The notes under the pieces: generated by a model
The model's database searches: none
Told to the model about the DNA's origin: nothing
Seen by the model: only the letters and a program-made list of their open reading frames with translations
In this document: positions 21,344-32,651 of the stretch, piece by piece
Layout of the letters: each line of letters starts with the position of its first letter
How positions within the stretch are numbered: position 1 is the first letter of the stretch
Translations under genes and position numbers: made by a program
From: Paramoeba atlantica
Lineage: Eukaryota; Protista; Discosea
Length of the DNA stretch: 64,000 bases
Assembly: GCA_977017575.1 (NCBI GenBank)
Contig: CDRNVI010000020.1
Span: forward strand, 62,001-126,000
Direction of reading: 5' to 3'

Positions 21344-21578
21344 TCTGTGTGCGGTAACGATTAGTAGTCCGTGGTCTACTATTACTACTCGTAGGAAAGG
21401 CAGGAGGATTGCTGAATAGGGCGTATGCCATTTTGAGTCATGCAATTATTACCACCTGAACTATTCTATTTGCACTGTACAATTCTTTTCAAGCTTTATT
21501 GGCTTGGTATTTGTTGTATTTCCGAGGAGTCCAATTTGGTACCCGTGTTTCTTTTTATTGTTGTTTCGTAAAAAAAAT

Positions 21579-22352
21579 ATGTCCGACGTGACATCTGTGA
21601 ATCTCAGAAGTTATCGTGTACGAGGATCGAAATTGCCGCTGGAATATGAACTTTCTTCCCTATTGAGGTATGTAGATCACACACAAGAGTCATGGAACAC
21701 TACACAGCAAGGCTGTCAGTGGAAAGGGGTGCTTTGCTGCGAAGAAGGCGTTCCATTTGAAATCTCGTGGAATAACTTTGGATTAAGCGGACGGCTTTTG
21801 TGGGAATATCTCCCTCTTACTTTGTTCGAATTAGATCTAAGTTTTAATGAGCTCAAGCAGGCGCTTCCCCTTGAGCTAATGCCGCGCTCTCTTCAGGATT
21901 TGTATGTAACTTCAAACAACTTTGCGGATAGTCTATCTTTACAGCATTTACCAGAAGACATTCACAATTTTAATGCGTCTTGGAATAACTTTTCTAGGAT
22001 AGTGGGGTTAAGCGAAACTCCTGTTGGTCTAATATGGCTCTCGGTGCGTAAAAATGACTTACGAGGAAATCTTGATTTGACATTATTAACTTCGCTACAA
22101 TCTCTTCTTCTGGACAGTAACCAGCTGGAGGGAACTCTTGATTTTGGTTCGCTGCCTTCTGAGATGAGGTGCTTACACCTTCACAAAAATAGATTTAATG
22201 AGATACGAAACATTGAATGTTTAGAAGGGATAAAAGGCACCGTGAACATAAGCAAAAACTACATTCCATTGCCCAAATTTCTGCCTGATTTACTTTCTCG
22301 TCTTACCACGTGCTCCCTTGAAATTTTACCACAGAATGCTGAAGTCATGTAA
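21579..22352 (+). CDS. Leucine-rich repeat protein with a plant-type N-cap (SW...C.W.GV.C)
   Basis: Repeated LxxLxLxxNxLxG units. Paralog of 29023-29748 (NLRSYRVRGSKLPLEY vs GMRSHKVRGAQFPQEY). Confidence 0.9.
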   Translation: MSDVTSVNLRSYRVRGSKLPLEYELSSLLRYVDHTQESWNTTQQGCQWKGVLCCEEGVPFEISWNNFGLSGRLLWEYLPLTLFELDLSFNELKQALPLELMPRSLQDLYVTSNNFADSLSLQHLPEDIHNFNASWNNFSRIVGLSETPVGLIWLSVRKNDLRGNLDLTLLTSLQSLLLDSNQLEGTLDFGSLPSEMRCLHLHKNRFNEIRNIECLEGIKGTVNISKNYIPLPKFLPDLLSRLTTCSLEILPQNAEVM

Positions 22353-24589
22353 GCTGCGCTGTTCGTTTGCAATGTTCAAAAAAGAACTAAATACCTCTGC
22401 AGAAGTTAGCACATCCACAGCGCAACCAGTATTGTATGTGAGGTACTGGAGGAAATCTTAAGGAGCAATAGGAGAACAATCCTCAATAATAGGAGAACAA
22501 TCCTCGTAGCTATCAAAAATTGTCAACAGATACTTCGGGAGTTCCACGAAGAAAAAATGATTGTTAAAAAACAGCACCGCAATAGTGAATCGGGAAAATC
22601 TGACTAAACCTCGCTAAAAATAATCCCTAAAAAAAGCTAAAAATAATCGAATCTTTCTGTGCTCCGAAGGGAGTAGACGGTATGCGCGCAATACATTTTC
22701 GCACAATGTATCAACAGCATTAGTCGTAAGAAAGCGCTTTCGACCGCGTAATCGTTTCCACTGTTTATCGTGTAGTCGGACGTGTTTTCCAGGCTATTTT
22801 CTACCACAATGACTTCTTGTGTTACAGATGGGTTTTCTCCTTTCGAAATTGGGGACGGTGAGACCGCATGTGCAGGAAAAAAGTCTTAATCCTTAAGACT
22901 TGACTTAATCCAAGGGTACTCAGTCGAAGATCGCAAAATATAGGGTTGTGCGACTTTAATAAGTGCTTTGGTTCTTTGCCCATACACGTGCGTGTGCGTC
23001 CTTAACCCACTGCAACACCTTCTGAACACTATTTCGAAGTCGCCACGCGCTTAGCAGTTCTTTGTCTTGAAGCTTGAGTAATCAAGTAAAAATCTTGGAA
23101 TTGCATTGCCTTCGTACACGCCCCCCCGGGGGTATCGTCTGTTGATCACTATTCGTCCCGGAGAACAATGCGTCTCGGAAAAATATCTTTGATTAATAGC
23201 GAGACGAAAGACCCAAAAATGCTTGTATTTTTTTGGGCCGCGCCATTCCCAGCAATCTTCTACAACGTGACGTTGTTGATCGCTAGCCATGCGTCAGAAC
23301 TCGTCAGAGAGAATATCCTTTGTCACTTTAGAAATAACGCGCAGCCGTGCTCTTTTTGCCAAAATAGATTGCGTCTACGACAATGCGCTTCACTTCGTTT
23401 ACGATACGAGGAGTTTAAAAATCAGAGTACTTCACGAGAGATAAGAGTGCAAAGAGCAATAAATATAGGAGAACGAAGCTTTATGTAGTATCGCATGCGT
23501 AAATACGGTGCCAAAGCAAATGAGGTTATCGCATATGTCTGCCAGTTCTCTAAAAGTGTGAAGGAACCATTCACACTTTGCAGAGCAATGTGAACAATCG
23601 TTTCTGGTTTGTCGCACAGTTTCGCACAAAGATCCGAAGGGGAAAAAGAGAGCTTATTATCATGAAGGAGCCGTGTTCTTTTACAGTGAAGTGGCTTGTA
23701 GGTTCTGAGTTCATTAACGCCTTCAGTGAAGCCTTCCAGTGTTTAGTGTGATGACTTCATGCCTCGGGATTATGGACCGATTATGTATACCATTGTTAAA
23801 AACTCTTGGAAAGAATGTTAGGAATACTGTAGTTTTTCCAAGTCAGTGCATCCGCTAGCGTTTGTGGACGATATATGGGTCAACTTTCTGGCTTGCTTCT
23901 CCTGCAGCATAAGAAATTTTGAGGGGGGGGGGGAAATCGCGCGTAGAACGCGCATCTCTTCTGCTCTCATAGAGAAAGGGGAATTGGCCATTTTTTCAGG
24001 TATGTTGAGTCATCCAAATGGCTAGATGAACTTTGCCCTCTTGCGTAATCAGACTCGTGTCCTCTACTCGTTGTTTCAGCAGATCGCCAGGTCGCTGACC
24101 GGAAATCCAGTACACTGCTATGAAGGCCCTTTAGTGATCTGTTAGATGGGACAATCTCTTGAACGCTCTGACTTCGTCTAGAGTAATGGGGTTTGCTCTG
24201 AGTGCTGGAGTTGCTCGCTTCGTCATTGCCTTTTTTAGCGCCTCCATCTTTGCTCCATTTTGCGTCACACCTGGCAGCTCGCACTCGTTCTGCTAATGGC
24301 AGAGGTACTAGACGACGGTTTGCCCTTTCACGTTCTCTCGACCATCGCAAAAACATGGGGTTGAGCCACTGGACAAATTCAAAAAAACTCCTCATGCAGA
24401 GACCGGAGTACATCGGAAAGGGAAGACTGACCTTCGACTGTCATGATAGGAGACTTAATTGTTGTAGACTAAAATATATTTGCAGTCTACACCAACACGG
24501 TATAGTTGATTTTTTACACTACAAAAAATTTACGAGTAAAATAACTTTTTCTTTTCTTTGTCAGAATTTTTGTTTTTTTTGTCTTCCCA

Positions 24590-24825
24590 AAATTTTCGGA
24601 AATTTCGAACTTATCGGGTCCCTCCTGCGCGTACCAGGGGGGGGAACCCATCGCCGCGGCACACTCTAACACTTCGCTGCGTTGCTTTTCCAAAAGAAAA
24701 TTTCAAGAAAGTGCGTATGCCCCCCCTGGACCTGCCTCCCCATGGATCCCCATGGATCCCCATTTTTTTATTTTGTTTTTCAATTTTGGACCACCGGAAT
24801 TCCCCTTTTTTTTTCTTCTATTAAT
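24590..24825. repeat. Unclassified minisatellite-hairpin repeat family, copy 2 (3' part missing)
   Basis: Shares CCCTCCTGCGC.TACC.GGGGGGG, CATCGCCGCGGC, CCCCCCTGGA, GGACCACCGG and TTTTCTTCTATTA with the 25850 copy. Confidence 0.8.
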
Positions 24826-26216
24826 TATTTAAAGGCTTATTTTAATTATTTCGCGATCGTCTCCATCTTTGGCCTCCGCGTTCTCAACATTATCGTCTAC
24901 AAACGAAGTGGCTGATATAGAGCTCACTTCAACATCGCTAACTACATAAAAATTTGCATCTTTTACTTTTTCTTTGTGCACATCTATCTGGAGTGCAAAC
25001 AAGTTGTCCACGAGAGAAACGAGCTCGATACTCAAAGGCATGGAATAAGGACTTTTTATGAAACTTTACAAAGCCAAAACTAATGTGAATAATAAAAATG
25101 TGGGTATAAAAAAATAGGTCGAAGTTTTTTCGAGTTGAGCGATTTTACAATCCTTCTAGATTGGTATTGACAAAAGAGAAGACATTGACTTATTTAAACA
25201 AAGCCATTCGGAGACATTTATAGAAAAGAAGAGTTTACGGCTCAAATTGTGGTACACCAGGTTGACAAAAGGTGTGATACACTTATAGAGTTCTGTAGGG
25301 TATAGATACTGTATGGACACCACATGAACGAGAGAAATGGGAAATTGAAAGCACGAATTGCCCTTATTTCAGCCTCAGAAGATGAGCTGATGAAATACAA
25401 GATGAAATACAAAGATTTGAGTATTTGGAGTTCCCTTCAAAACTTTTAAAAATTAGGGGAAAAAAGGGAACTTTGACCAAAAATGTGAATAATAACTGTC
25501 TTAATTATTTTAGTAGCTTCGTTAAACGTTAAAACTCACTCATGATGCACGCTTCGAGCTGAAAACTATCTCCGCGTTTAACAAAGCCACTAAAAAAGAA
25601 AAATCGTCAAAAGATCATGAATAATCTATTTTTTGGGGTAAAAAAGCCCGATTTTTAGGCGAAAATCGCGAAATTTTAACCCGAATTTGGGTAGTTTTTG
25701 AGACCTTACCAGTAGGATTAGGAGGCGAATCTGACGAAAAAAAAGGCCGTAGAATGGTAGCTGAGGTCCTAAACTCTCGAAATACGTTTTAGGAGTCGAT
25801 TTTGAAAAAATAATATTTTTTTTGGGGGGGTCATTTTTTTCTTTTGGTCATCCAAAAATTTCGGAAATTTCAACCTTGTCGAACCCCTCCTGCGCATACC
25901 GGGGGGGTCACCCCCAGGTGGGGGTGGGGGTGGAAAATCATCGCCGCGGCATACTCTAAAACTTTCCTGCGCTCGATTTTGAAAAACAATAAATTCGCGA
26001 CCTATACCCCCCTCCCTGGACACCCCCTGGACGCCCCCCCTGGACCCCCCCTGGACCCCCCCCTGGACCCCCCCCCTGGACCCCCCCCTGGACCCCCCCC
26101 TGGACCCTCCCCTGGACCCCCCCCCCTGGACCCCCCCCTGGACCCCCTGGACCCCCCATTTTTTTCAATTTTTTTCTGGACCACCGGAGCCCCCTTTATA
26201 TTTTTTTCTTCTATTA

Positions 26217-27181
26217 CAGTGAAGTATTCAAATACGAGTGGATTATAAACCCCGCGTCATGAAAAGTGACCCCCCACTTTTTTTTCGTACAAGTGTCCGT
26301 TTGAGCTGATTTTTGTTGCATTTTGCAGATCTCAACACAAGGACTTTGCGCGTGAAGAAACGAAACAAAAAGAAGCGAATACGTATATTTTATTGAAGAA
26401 TTACCATTTTTTCACTTTTTCGCCTTTCAATCTTATACACTCCTTAAGGCGTGAGTCAAAGCTTAAGACCGTTTTGTCGATCACATTTTGAGACAAGCGA
26501 GACCACGCTTTGCGTACACATCGGATGAGTGAAGGCTTATCCGATGGGGTCTGTTCGTCCACCGCCCCTTGGACCATAGATCAGACGTTTTCTATTGGGG
26601 AAAGATCTGGTGAGTTGGGGGGCCAATTTTTCAGAAGTTCACTCATTGCGCTTTCAATGTACTCCTTTGAGGCACGAGCAGTGTGTGCCGTTGCCCCATC
26701 TTGCTGAAAAATACGATTAGGGGGGAAATCTACCTCTTTTAATGTTTCTATGTACGTCTCACTTGTAATAGATGTGTCATTTTGTAGAATTACCAAGTAC
26801 CTCCACCCCACCCCTACAGCACCCCAAACTTGGCATCTTGGTGCCCAACGTACTTTTTGACGCGGGGCTGCTTTTTGACCGCGCCTTACGGTTATTTTTA
26901 ATTACGGTTATTTTTAATTAAGATTATTTTTAGCCCCGAAACAAAATACTTTTTTTCATGTCTATCACCATCGACCTCACTTTCATACGAAGCACAAACC
27001 TTTATAATATGATAACAGACGAATCCAATGGCTTAGGTGCTTAAAAGTTACTCAAAAAGTGTGTTCAAAAATTATTAATTTACGAGTGGATTATATTACG
27101 GTTAATTTAATTAAGATTAATTTTAGCCAAAAATAACCTTAAAAGCGTAATTAAATAATACCGTAATTAAATATAACACTG
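26217..27181. mobile_element. CAGTG...CACTG element with TA TSD (Tc1/pogo-type MITE) containing a partial Tc1
   Basis: TA|CAGTG and CACTG|TA termini with degenerate TIRs and an internally duplicated AT-rich interior. Confidence 0.6.
26248..26890 (-). mobile_element. 3' half of a Tc1-like element (same family as 32652-33990)
   Basis: Left TIR AACCCCGCGTCATGAAAAGTGACCCCCC after TA. Encodes QQDGATAH...WPPNSPDLSPIEN (35 residues between D and E). Confidence 0.92.
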
Positions 27182-28428
27182 TATATTACTGGGTTCCTCT
27201 TTACAGTTTCGCTGTTTTTGTTCACTTTTTTTTTTCAATAATCGAGGGTAGAGCGGTAGTTATACAACCGCCACAATTGGTACCATAATAAAGGTTTGGA
27301 CCTACGACGACTGTATGCGAGGTGACGCTTCGCGAGGATGGGATTGCAAAGTTAATCCTCGACCTCATCATTTATCGTGGTGGATGGCTTGGTGCAGATA
27401 AAACGAAATTATGTGATGAAGTAAGCTCTCGAACTGCAATCAAAACAAGGCACATAGTAAAAGTTTATGACTTTTGAACACACAGCCAACATTTTTTTTC
27501 GTACAAATTTAACAAATAACAGTTTTTTTAGCGCAAAGTACATGCTGAATGTCACGCACAACTAACTGAGGATTTCCACATGGGACATTTTTCTCCGCCG
27601 CAGTCCTCATTAACAGCAGATTATTGCCCATTTCTGCCATATTCTGCCGATCACCACAGACGCATTCCCCCCTCTAAGTTACAGGGCGGGATCAGCTTCA
27701 TCTGGGGATCTAAAGTTCGTATAACTTGGCCAATTTTAGAAAATAATAGCGCATTCAAGAGCTCTAGCATAGCTCTCTGGTGGAATATCGTTTCCCGCAT
27801 TCCTACTTAAAACGCATTTCGTCAAAAAAAATGATTTTTTGGTGTTACCAATTTTGCATTTTTTATTTTCGTTTATGGATTTTTCCTGTTTTTTCCCCTT
27901 TTATTGATCACTCATGCCCCAACGAAGGGTGCATTCGCGTTCTTCTCGAGAGAAAATCTCTGAAACCCATTTCTCACCCCCAGTAAACACAAAACTGAAA
28001 CAAAACAGAATGCTGTTAGTTGAAGATTTCGAGAAAACAGGGTAATTTTCTGAAACAGCTTTTTTTCATGTGCACGAAAGCAATGTGAAGTTGTGGGTGG
28101 AGCTGGCGAAGGTGGTTTCGTTGAACGCACATTAAAAAGTGTGCCAAACAGAATGAGGTTTGTTATAAAGAAGGAGGGGGGGGGCAACTATGGGTACTAG
28201 GTTTGTCTGCTCAATATTATGCCGAAAAGGAGAAATTTCATAAAAAACTTGCAATTGACGTTTTTCGCCCTCTTATCATTTTACGATACTGCTAATTATA
28301 CGGGAAACGATATATCTATATTCCACCAGAGGGCTATGTGAGAGCTCTCGAATGCGCTATTATTTTCCAAAATTGGCCAAGTATTAAAATTTTTAGACCC
28401 CCGCAGATCGAGCTCATCCCCCCTGTAT

Positions 28429-28491
28429 GTAGTAGCTTCACACAAGAACAACTCCCCACAAACTTCCAAATCCTTTTTTCTCTCTCACATT
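28429..28491. repeat. 63-bp copy of the iPGM 5' flank (42629-42691)
   Basis: 61/63 identical by eye. Confidence 0.9.
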
Positions 28492-28817
28492 ACGTTACAC
28501 TTTTCCGATCGGAGGTCGAGGCAGCTCAGACAATAACGCATGTCGCCCCGTAGGGGGTTAAACGAAGAACCGCAAAAGTCGCAGTCGCGTGCCTGGCTCT
28601 TCTGCTTGAGTTTGACGTCGAGGTCTGGCCTCACCTTCCTCAGCTCATCAGTGAAAAGCTGGCGTAGCTCCACCACGCCACTGCCGTCGTGGGGGCTGGG
28701 TTCACGACTTCGAGGGGTGGTAGAGGGTCCTCGGAGGGTCGTGTGTGTGGGGGAGTGGTTCCCGCCGGGTGAATCCTTGGAGCCCCGGTTTCGGTGTGCG
28801 CGACGAGTCATGGGCAC
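28485..28817 (-). CDS. 110-aa protein with a C-terminal C4 zinc-finger-like motif (CDFC-x13-CLSC)
   Basis: The ATG is preceded by a polypyrimidine tract and AG (CTCTTTCCTTTTCTAATCTCTTTTCTTCCCCCAG), a plausible trans-splice acceptor. Confidence 0.5.
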   Translation of the reverse strand: MPMTRRAHRNRGSKDSPGGNHSPTHTTLRGPSTTPRSREPSPHDGSGVVELRQLFTDELRKVRPDLDVKLKQKSQARDCDFCGSSFNPLRGDMRYCLSCLDLRSEKCNVM

Positions 28818-28904
28818 AAATCTGGGGGAAGAAAAGAGATTAGAAAAGGAAAGAGGATTCTACAATTTTTCTCATATTTTTCTCATCTTTAGTACCCCCT
28901 CTTA

Positions 28905-28953
28905 ATACGGACAAAGTCCAAAAATCTGCCTGTATTAAAGGGAGGGTCACAAT
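28905..28953. mobile_element. Collapsed remnant of the CTGTGAC-family MITE
   Basis: CCCCCTCTTAATACGGAC...GTATTAAAGGGAGGGTCACAA|TA. A related end lies at about 31114. Confidence 0.5.
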
Positions 28954-29022
28954 ATTCCGGAAAAGCAGTCCTAATTTAAACAAAAAAAATTATTTGGCTT
29001 CTACTTTAGATTTCGGCCCAGG

Positions 29023-29748
29023 ATGACTGAGCAAAACTCAACAGGTATGCGGTCTCACAAAGTCCGAGGTGCTCAATTTCCGCAAGAATATCAGATGGTA
29101 CAATTCCTTAAAAATGTGCAAGGTACACCTTCGTCTTGGAATACGCACACGCCTGTTTGCGAATGGGACCGGGTGACCTGTGATGATCAGGACAAGGTAG
29201 AAAAAATATACTGGGATGAAGCCTCACTTTCTGGCCCTCTCGAATGGGCGTTCCTACTCGAATCAATCAAGTCAATTAACTTCCATCTCAATGAACTTTG
29301 CGGTGAAACGGATTTTTCACTCCTTCCGCCCAGATTAACTTATCTTTCAATATGGACTAACAAATTTATAGGAACGCCAGATCTTACCAATTTACCTGAC
29401 ACGATAGATCTTCTTAACTTAAGTTACAACTGCTTCCTCGGTTCTGTGGCATTTCATTCCTTACCTGCTGCGTTAGTTTATTTGTATATTTCTGACAACC
29501 AACTTAGTGGAACTCCTTGTTTTATAAATATTCCCGCGAAGTTGCGCACGATTGCCTTACAAAACAATTGCTTTAATGGTATTTTTGTTTTTGAGCCTCT
29601 ATTCCGTTCGCAAAGCCTATTTGAGATGTATTTGTTTGGGAACAAGGATCTTTGTGGTTCACTTGACGACACAAAGTTGCCCTCTTCTCTAGGAATCCTG
29701 GAAATACATGGAACAGGAATAAAGAGAATCTCAGCGTCGCTTAGCTAA
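29023..29748 (+). CDS. Leucine-rich repeat protein, paralog of 21579-22352
   Basis: SSWNTHTPVCEWDRVTC N-cap and LxxLxLxxNxFxG repeats. Confidence 0.9.
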   Translation: MTEQNSTGMRSHKVRGAQFPQEYQMVQFLKNVQGTPSSWNTHTPVCEWDRVTCDDQDKVEKIYWDEASLSGPLEWAFLLESIKSINFHLNELCGETDFSLLPPRLTYLSIWTNKFIGTPDLTNLPDTIDLLNLSYNCFLGSVAFHSLPAALVYLYISDNQLSGTPCFINIPAKLRTIALQNNCFNGIFVFEPLFRSQSLFEMYLFGNKDLCGSLDDTKLPSSLGILEIHGTGIKRISASLS

Positions 29749-30665
29749 TCATTTTTTGAAGCAGGCGAAGCCAATATTTTTAGCTTTTTGAATGCTTTTT
29801 TTTACATAAACTGCTCTTTGACACGGCCAATACTTAAATGAATTCATGGATTAAATGGGATTTTTGCAATGATATCATTTCAAAATGACGAAGGTTTTAA
29901 ACTTTTCTTACTGCGATATTTCGCACGTGCGGGGACCGATAAGAGTAAAAAAAACTAATACACACGCGTTTCATGAACCTTCTTTTTGTACTGATATTTG
30001 TACCTCTTGTATTCACCTTTTTTATACAAAAAGGTGCATGTGCGTTTTTTAAATTTATGGGATTTGTTTCTTCGTACTACCGTCAAAGTACTTAACGGAA
30101 TAAAAATCATTGGGATAAAAATTAACGGAATAATATTTAGCGGAATAATTATTTTTTATTTAGATTTTCACCAAAATCTTCCCAAACATTTTAGTCAGTG
30201 GTCGGTCTGTTCATCAACAAAATTCAAAACATTTTTCTCCTGAAGAAAACAAACGACGTCACCGTGAAAGGATGAATCGATTAAGACGTACCCGCAGAAG
30301 TCACAAGATAGATCTCTTGACGCTTAAATTTTGTTAGGAATTTAGTAAAAATCATTGAAATACTGTCCCCCCTATTTACTATTGAGTGCTCAACCCCCCC
30401 TAGTAGTGTTGAATTTTGGGTTAGGTGCATATAGGCGCCGCGAAGCGGCGCTTAATTGTTTTTCCTGATATTCTTCCGCTTTTCGACGCTTTTATCAGAA
30501 AATTTTCTTCACGCTCAGGTTACTTTTCCCTCCGCCTACACTTTTGTTTTCCACTTTTTCCTCCGCCCACACTTTTGTTTTCTATTTTTCCCTCCGCCCA
30601 CACTTTTGTTTTCCAGAAATTTGTTTTCATCGGGCAAAAAGCGGATGTTTTAGTGCGCGTACATC

Positions 30666-30856
30666 GGGCTTCGCAGATTGTTTCCCACTAACAACGCCGC
30701 GTATGGCTCAGGCCCGCTCACGCGGGCCCTCGCCATACCACCCCCTACGGCTTCGCAAATTGCTTCCCACTAACAACGCCGCGTGTGGCTCAGTCCCGCG
30801 CACGCGGGTCCTCGCCATACCACCCCCTATGGCTTCGCAAATTGCTTCCCACTAAC
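30666..30856. repeat. 82-bp tandem array (3 cores of GGCTTCGCAAATTGCTTCCCACTAAC); three 31-bp repeats lie upstream at about 30527-30615
   Basis: Cores at 30667, 30749 and 30831. Confidence 0.9.
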
Positions 30857-31289
30857 AACTTCGGCCGCTCGTGCGCAGTTTGAAAACACTCGTGCAAGAA
30901 AACGACTGTTCTTATCGTCAAAAAATAGCTATTTTTCTTATCTTTGCTTGTTTTTTTCTTTTCTTTGCTTGTTATTCGTGAATGTTTCCCGATTTCTACT
31001 GTTTTATTTTAATCATACAGGTGGATACTTGCAGTCAACAAAAGCAAGAGTAATAATTAACGGAATAATTTCCGTCCAAAAAAACATTCCGTTAATTCTT
31101 ATTATTGTTAATACTGTGACCCCCCTTTAATATGGACGGGGGGTATCCCCCCCCCTTTATTATGGACAAATCCGACCGGGCGCCGCGGAGGGGGGCCATA
31201 TTTTTTTGCCACTTTTTTTCGTCTTTTTCTGTTTTTTAGGGCATCTGTAGCGAGGTAATTTCGTCAGCTTACACATCACACAAAGGAGA

Positions 31290-31860
31290 AAATAGCGTCC
31301 TATCAATCCAAACACCGTCCTATCAATCCAAACACCGTCCTATCAATCACTTTTTGTGGCAATCTACACCGCGCGTTTTTTACACAGCGTATGAAAGAAG
31401 GCTTATCCGACGGAGCAAGTTCGTCCACGGCCACTTGGACCATGTACGATACATTTTCTATGGGGGAAAGATCTGGTGAATTGAGAGGGCAATTTTGTAA
31501 AATTTCTTTCATTCGGCTTTTAAGAAAGAAAAACGTACCTTTTGGACGACTCGAGACCCCCTTCTTCGGAAGCGATTTGCAAACCCCATTTTGCCACATA
31601 TGCTTTTTTCAACAGGAAGTGTGGGATACGCAAGACCGTAGAGGAAGGAGGAGGCGCAAGGCCAAAAGCAGAAGGTGGAATTGTACCCTTTCCTTTTTAA
31701 TTGATCATGAACCAAGTTGTACGTCAAGCAACCCTCTTCCTTTGTATTTTCCTTATCAACTATTGATTTCACCTTTGATACAAATCTTTTTGAAGGGTTT
31801 GGCCTACCTGATTTCAGTGGAGATGACAATTCATTACCTTGTTTTGAGAGATTAATAAAT
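31290..31860 (-). pseudogene. Internally deleted Tc1-like transposase of a second subfamily
   Basis: An N-terminal GRP/HTH-like segment ending KVRFS is joined directly to NSPDLSPIENV...DKPSFIRCVK. A 170-bp piece recurs inverted at about 40255-40420. Confidence 0.75.
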
Positions 31861-32008
31861 TTTCTAATTGTACGGCGGTCACGACCAAAGTTTTTATGAA
31901 GTTGGGTGATGCGCGACCCCCGCTAAATAGGGGGGGAAGGTGGTAGTTGTTTTGGGGAATATGAGAGGCCGAACGCACGGAGGGGCCGGCCGGGCCACTG
32001 AGTCTGAC

Positions 32009-32345
32009 GTTAGTGGGAAGCAATTTGCGAAGCCCAAATTTTCCATCATACCCGACCCCTAGAAAAGCCAAGACTTTGTTTACCCGTCTGCAAGACAAAA
32101 ATGTGTGTCGTTAGTGGGAAGCAATTTGCGAAGCCCAACCTTTCCATCATACCCAACCCCTAGAAAAGCCAAGACCTTGTTTACGCGTCTGCAAGACAAA
32201 AATGTGTGTCGTTAGTGGGAAGCAATTTGCGTAGCCCAATTTTTCCATCATACCCAATCCCTTACAAAGCCAAGACGACTGAAGCCCAACTTTTCTGACT
32301 GAGCCCAACTTTTCCACCATACCCAACCCGTAATAAAGCCAAGAC
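32009..32345. repeat. 101-bp tandem array whose 26-bp core is the reverse complement of the 30666-30856 core
   Basis: GTTAGTGGGAAGCAATTTGCG(A/T)AGCC at 32009, 32110 and 32211. Confidence 0.9.
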
Positions 32346-32651
32346 CTTTTGAAGCCCATACACGTAAAGAAAACGACATTCAATGCAAGAACGCACACGA
32401 AATGCAAATATCCAATACAAACAAGGCCCGCGCAGTTTCATAGGAAATTAGTGTTTTATGACACAATATTTGAAGGAAGAAGCCCACGCACACGAAAAGA
32501 GATTTAAGATTCCTTCGAGCTGTCCAAGAGAATTTGCGGTCGAATTTTCCGTAATTTTTGCACAAACTCAGATGGGGACTGGTCTTGGAGCACCACTTTC
32601 GGTCGAGCATTGATATTGCTGGATACGGAATCAAGGTCTGCTTGGGATATA

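Larger units (their letters stand above)
25850..27278. repeat. Unclassified minisatellite-hairpin repeat family, copy 3, interrupted at a TA by a 965-bp insertion
   Basis: Joining 26216 to 27184 recreates the order of modules seen at 6440-6565. About 14 CCCCCCTGGA-type units lie at 26007-26157. Confidence 0.8.

Noticed and set aside
22470-22510. Short tandem duplications (also 31300-31345, 40740-40850, 45410-45465, 63470-63575)
   Set aside because: Consistent with ordinary slippage or repair footprints, with no further structure.
23050-23480. Degenerate LTR/DIRS-type RT (IVVDAIYFGK; RPKKIQAFLGLSSRY in a stop-ridden minus frame)
   Set aside because: Only two weak motif echoes with several stops, which is too little to call without a profile search.
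26007-26157. Interstitial telomeric repeat
   Set aside because: The unit is CCCCCCTGGA-like, not CCCTAA, and it is embedded in a dispersed repeat family.
28485-28817. TnpB/Fanzor remnant suggested by the CxxC..CxxC motif
   Set aside because: There are no RuvC motifs and no D.NAA.NI after the finger, and the N-terminus is low-complexity.
30666-32345. CRISPR-like repeat-spacer arrays
   Set aside because: The sequences between cores are near-identical within each array, so these are tandem repeats. There are no cas genes. The same applies to 10989-11125 and 39424-39709.
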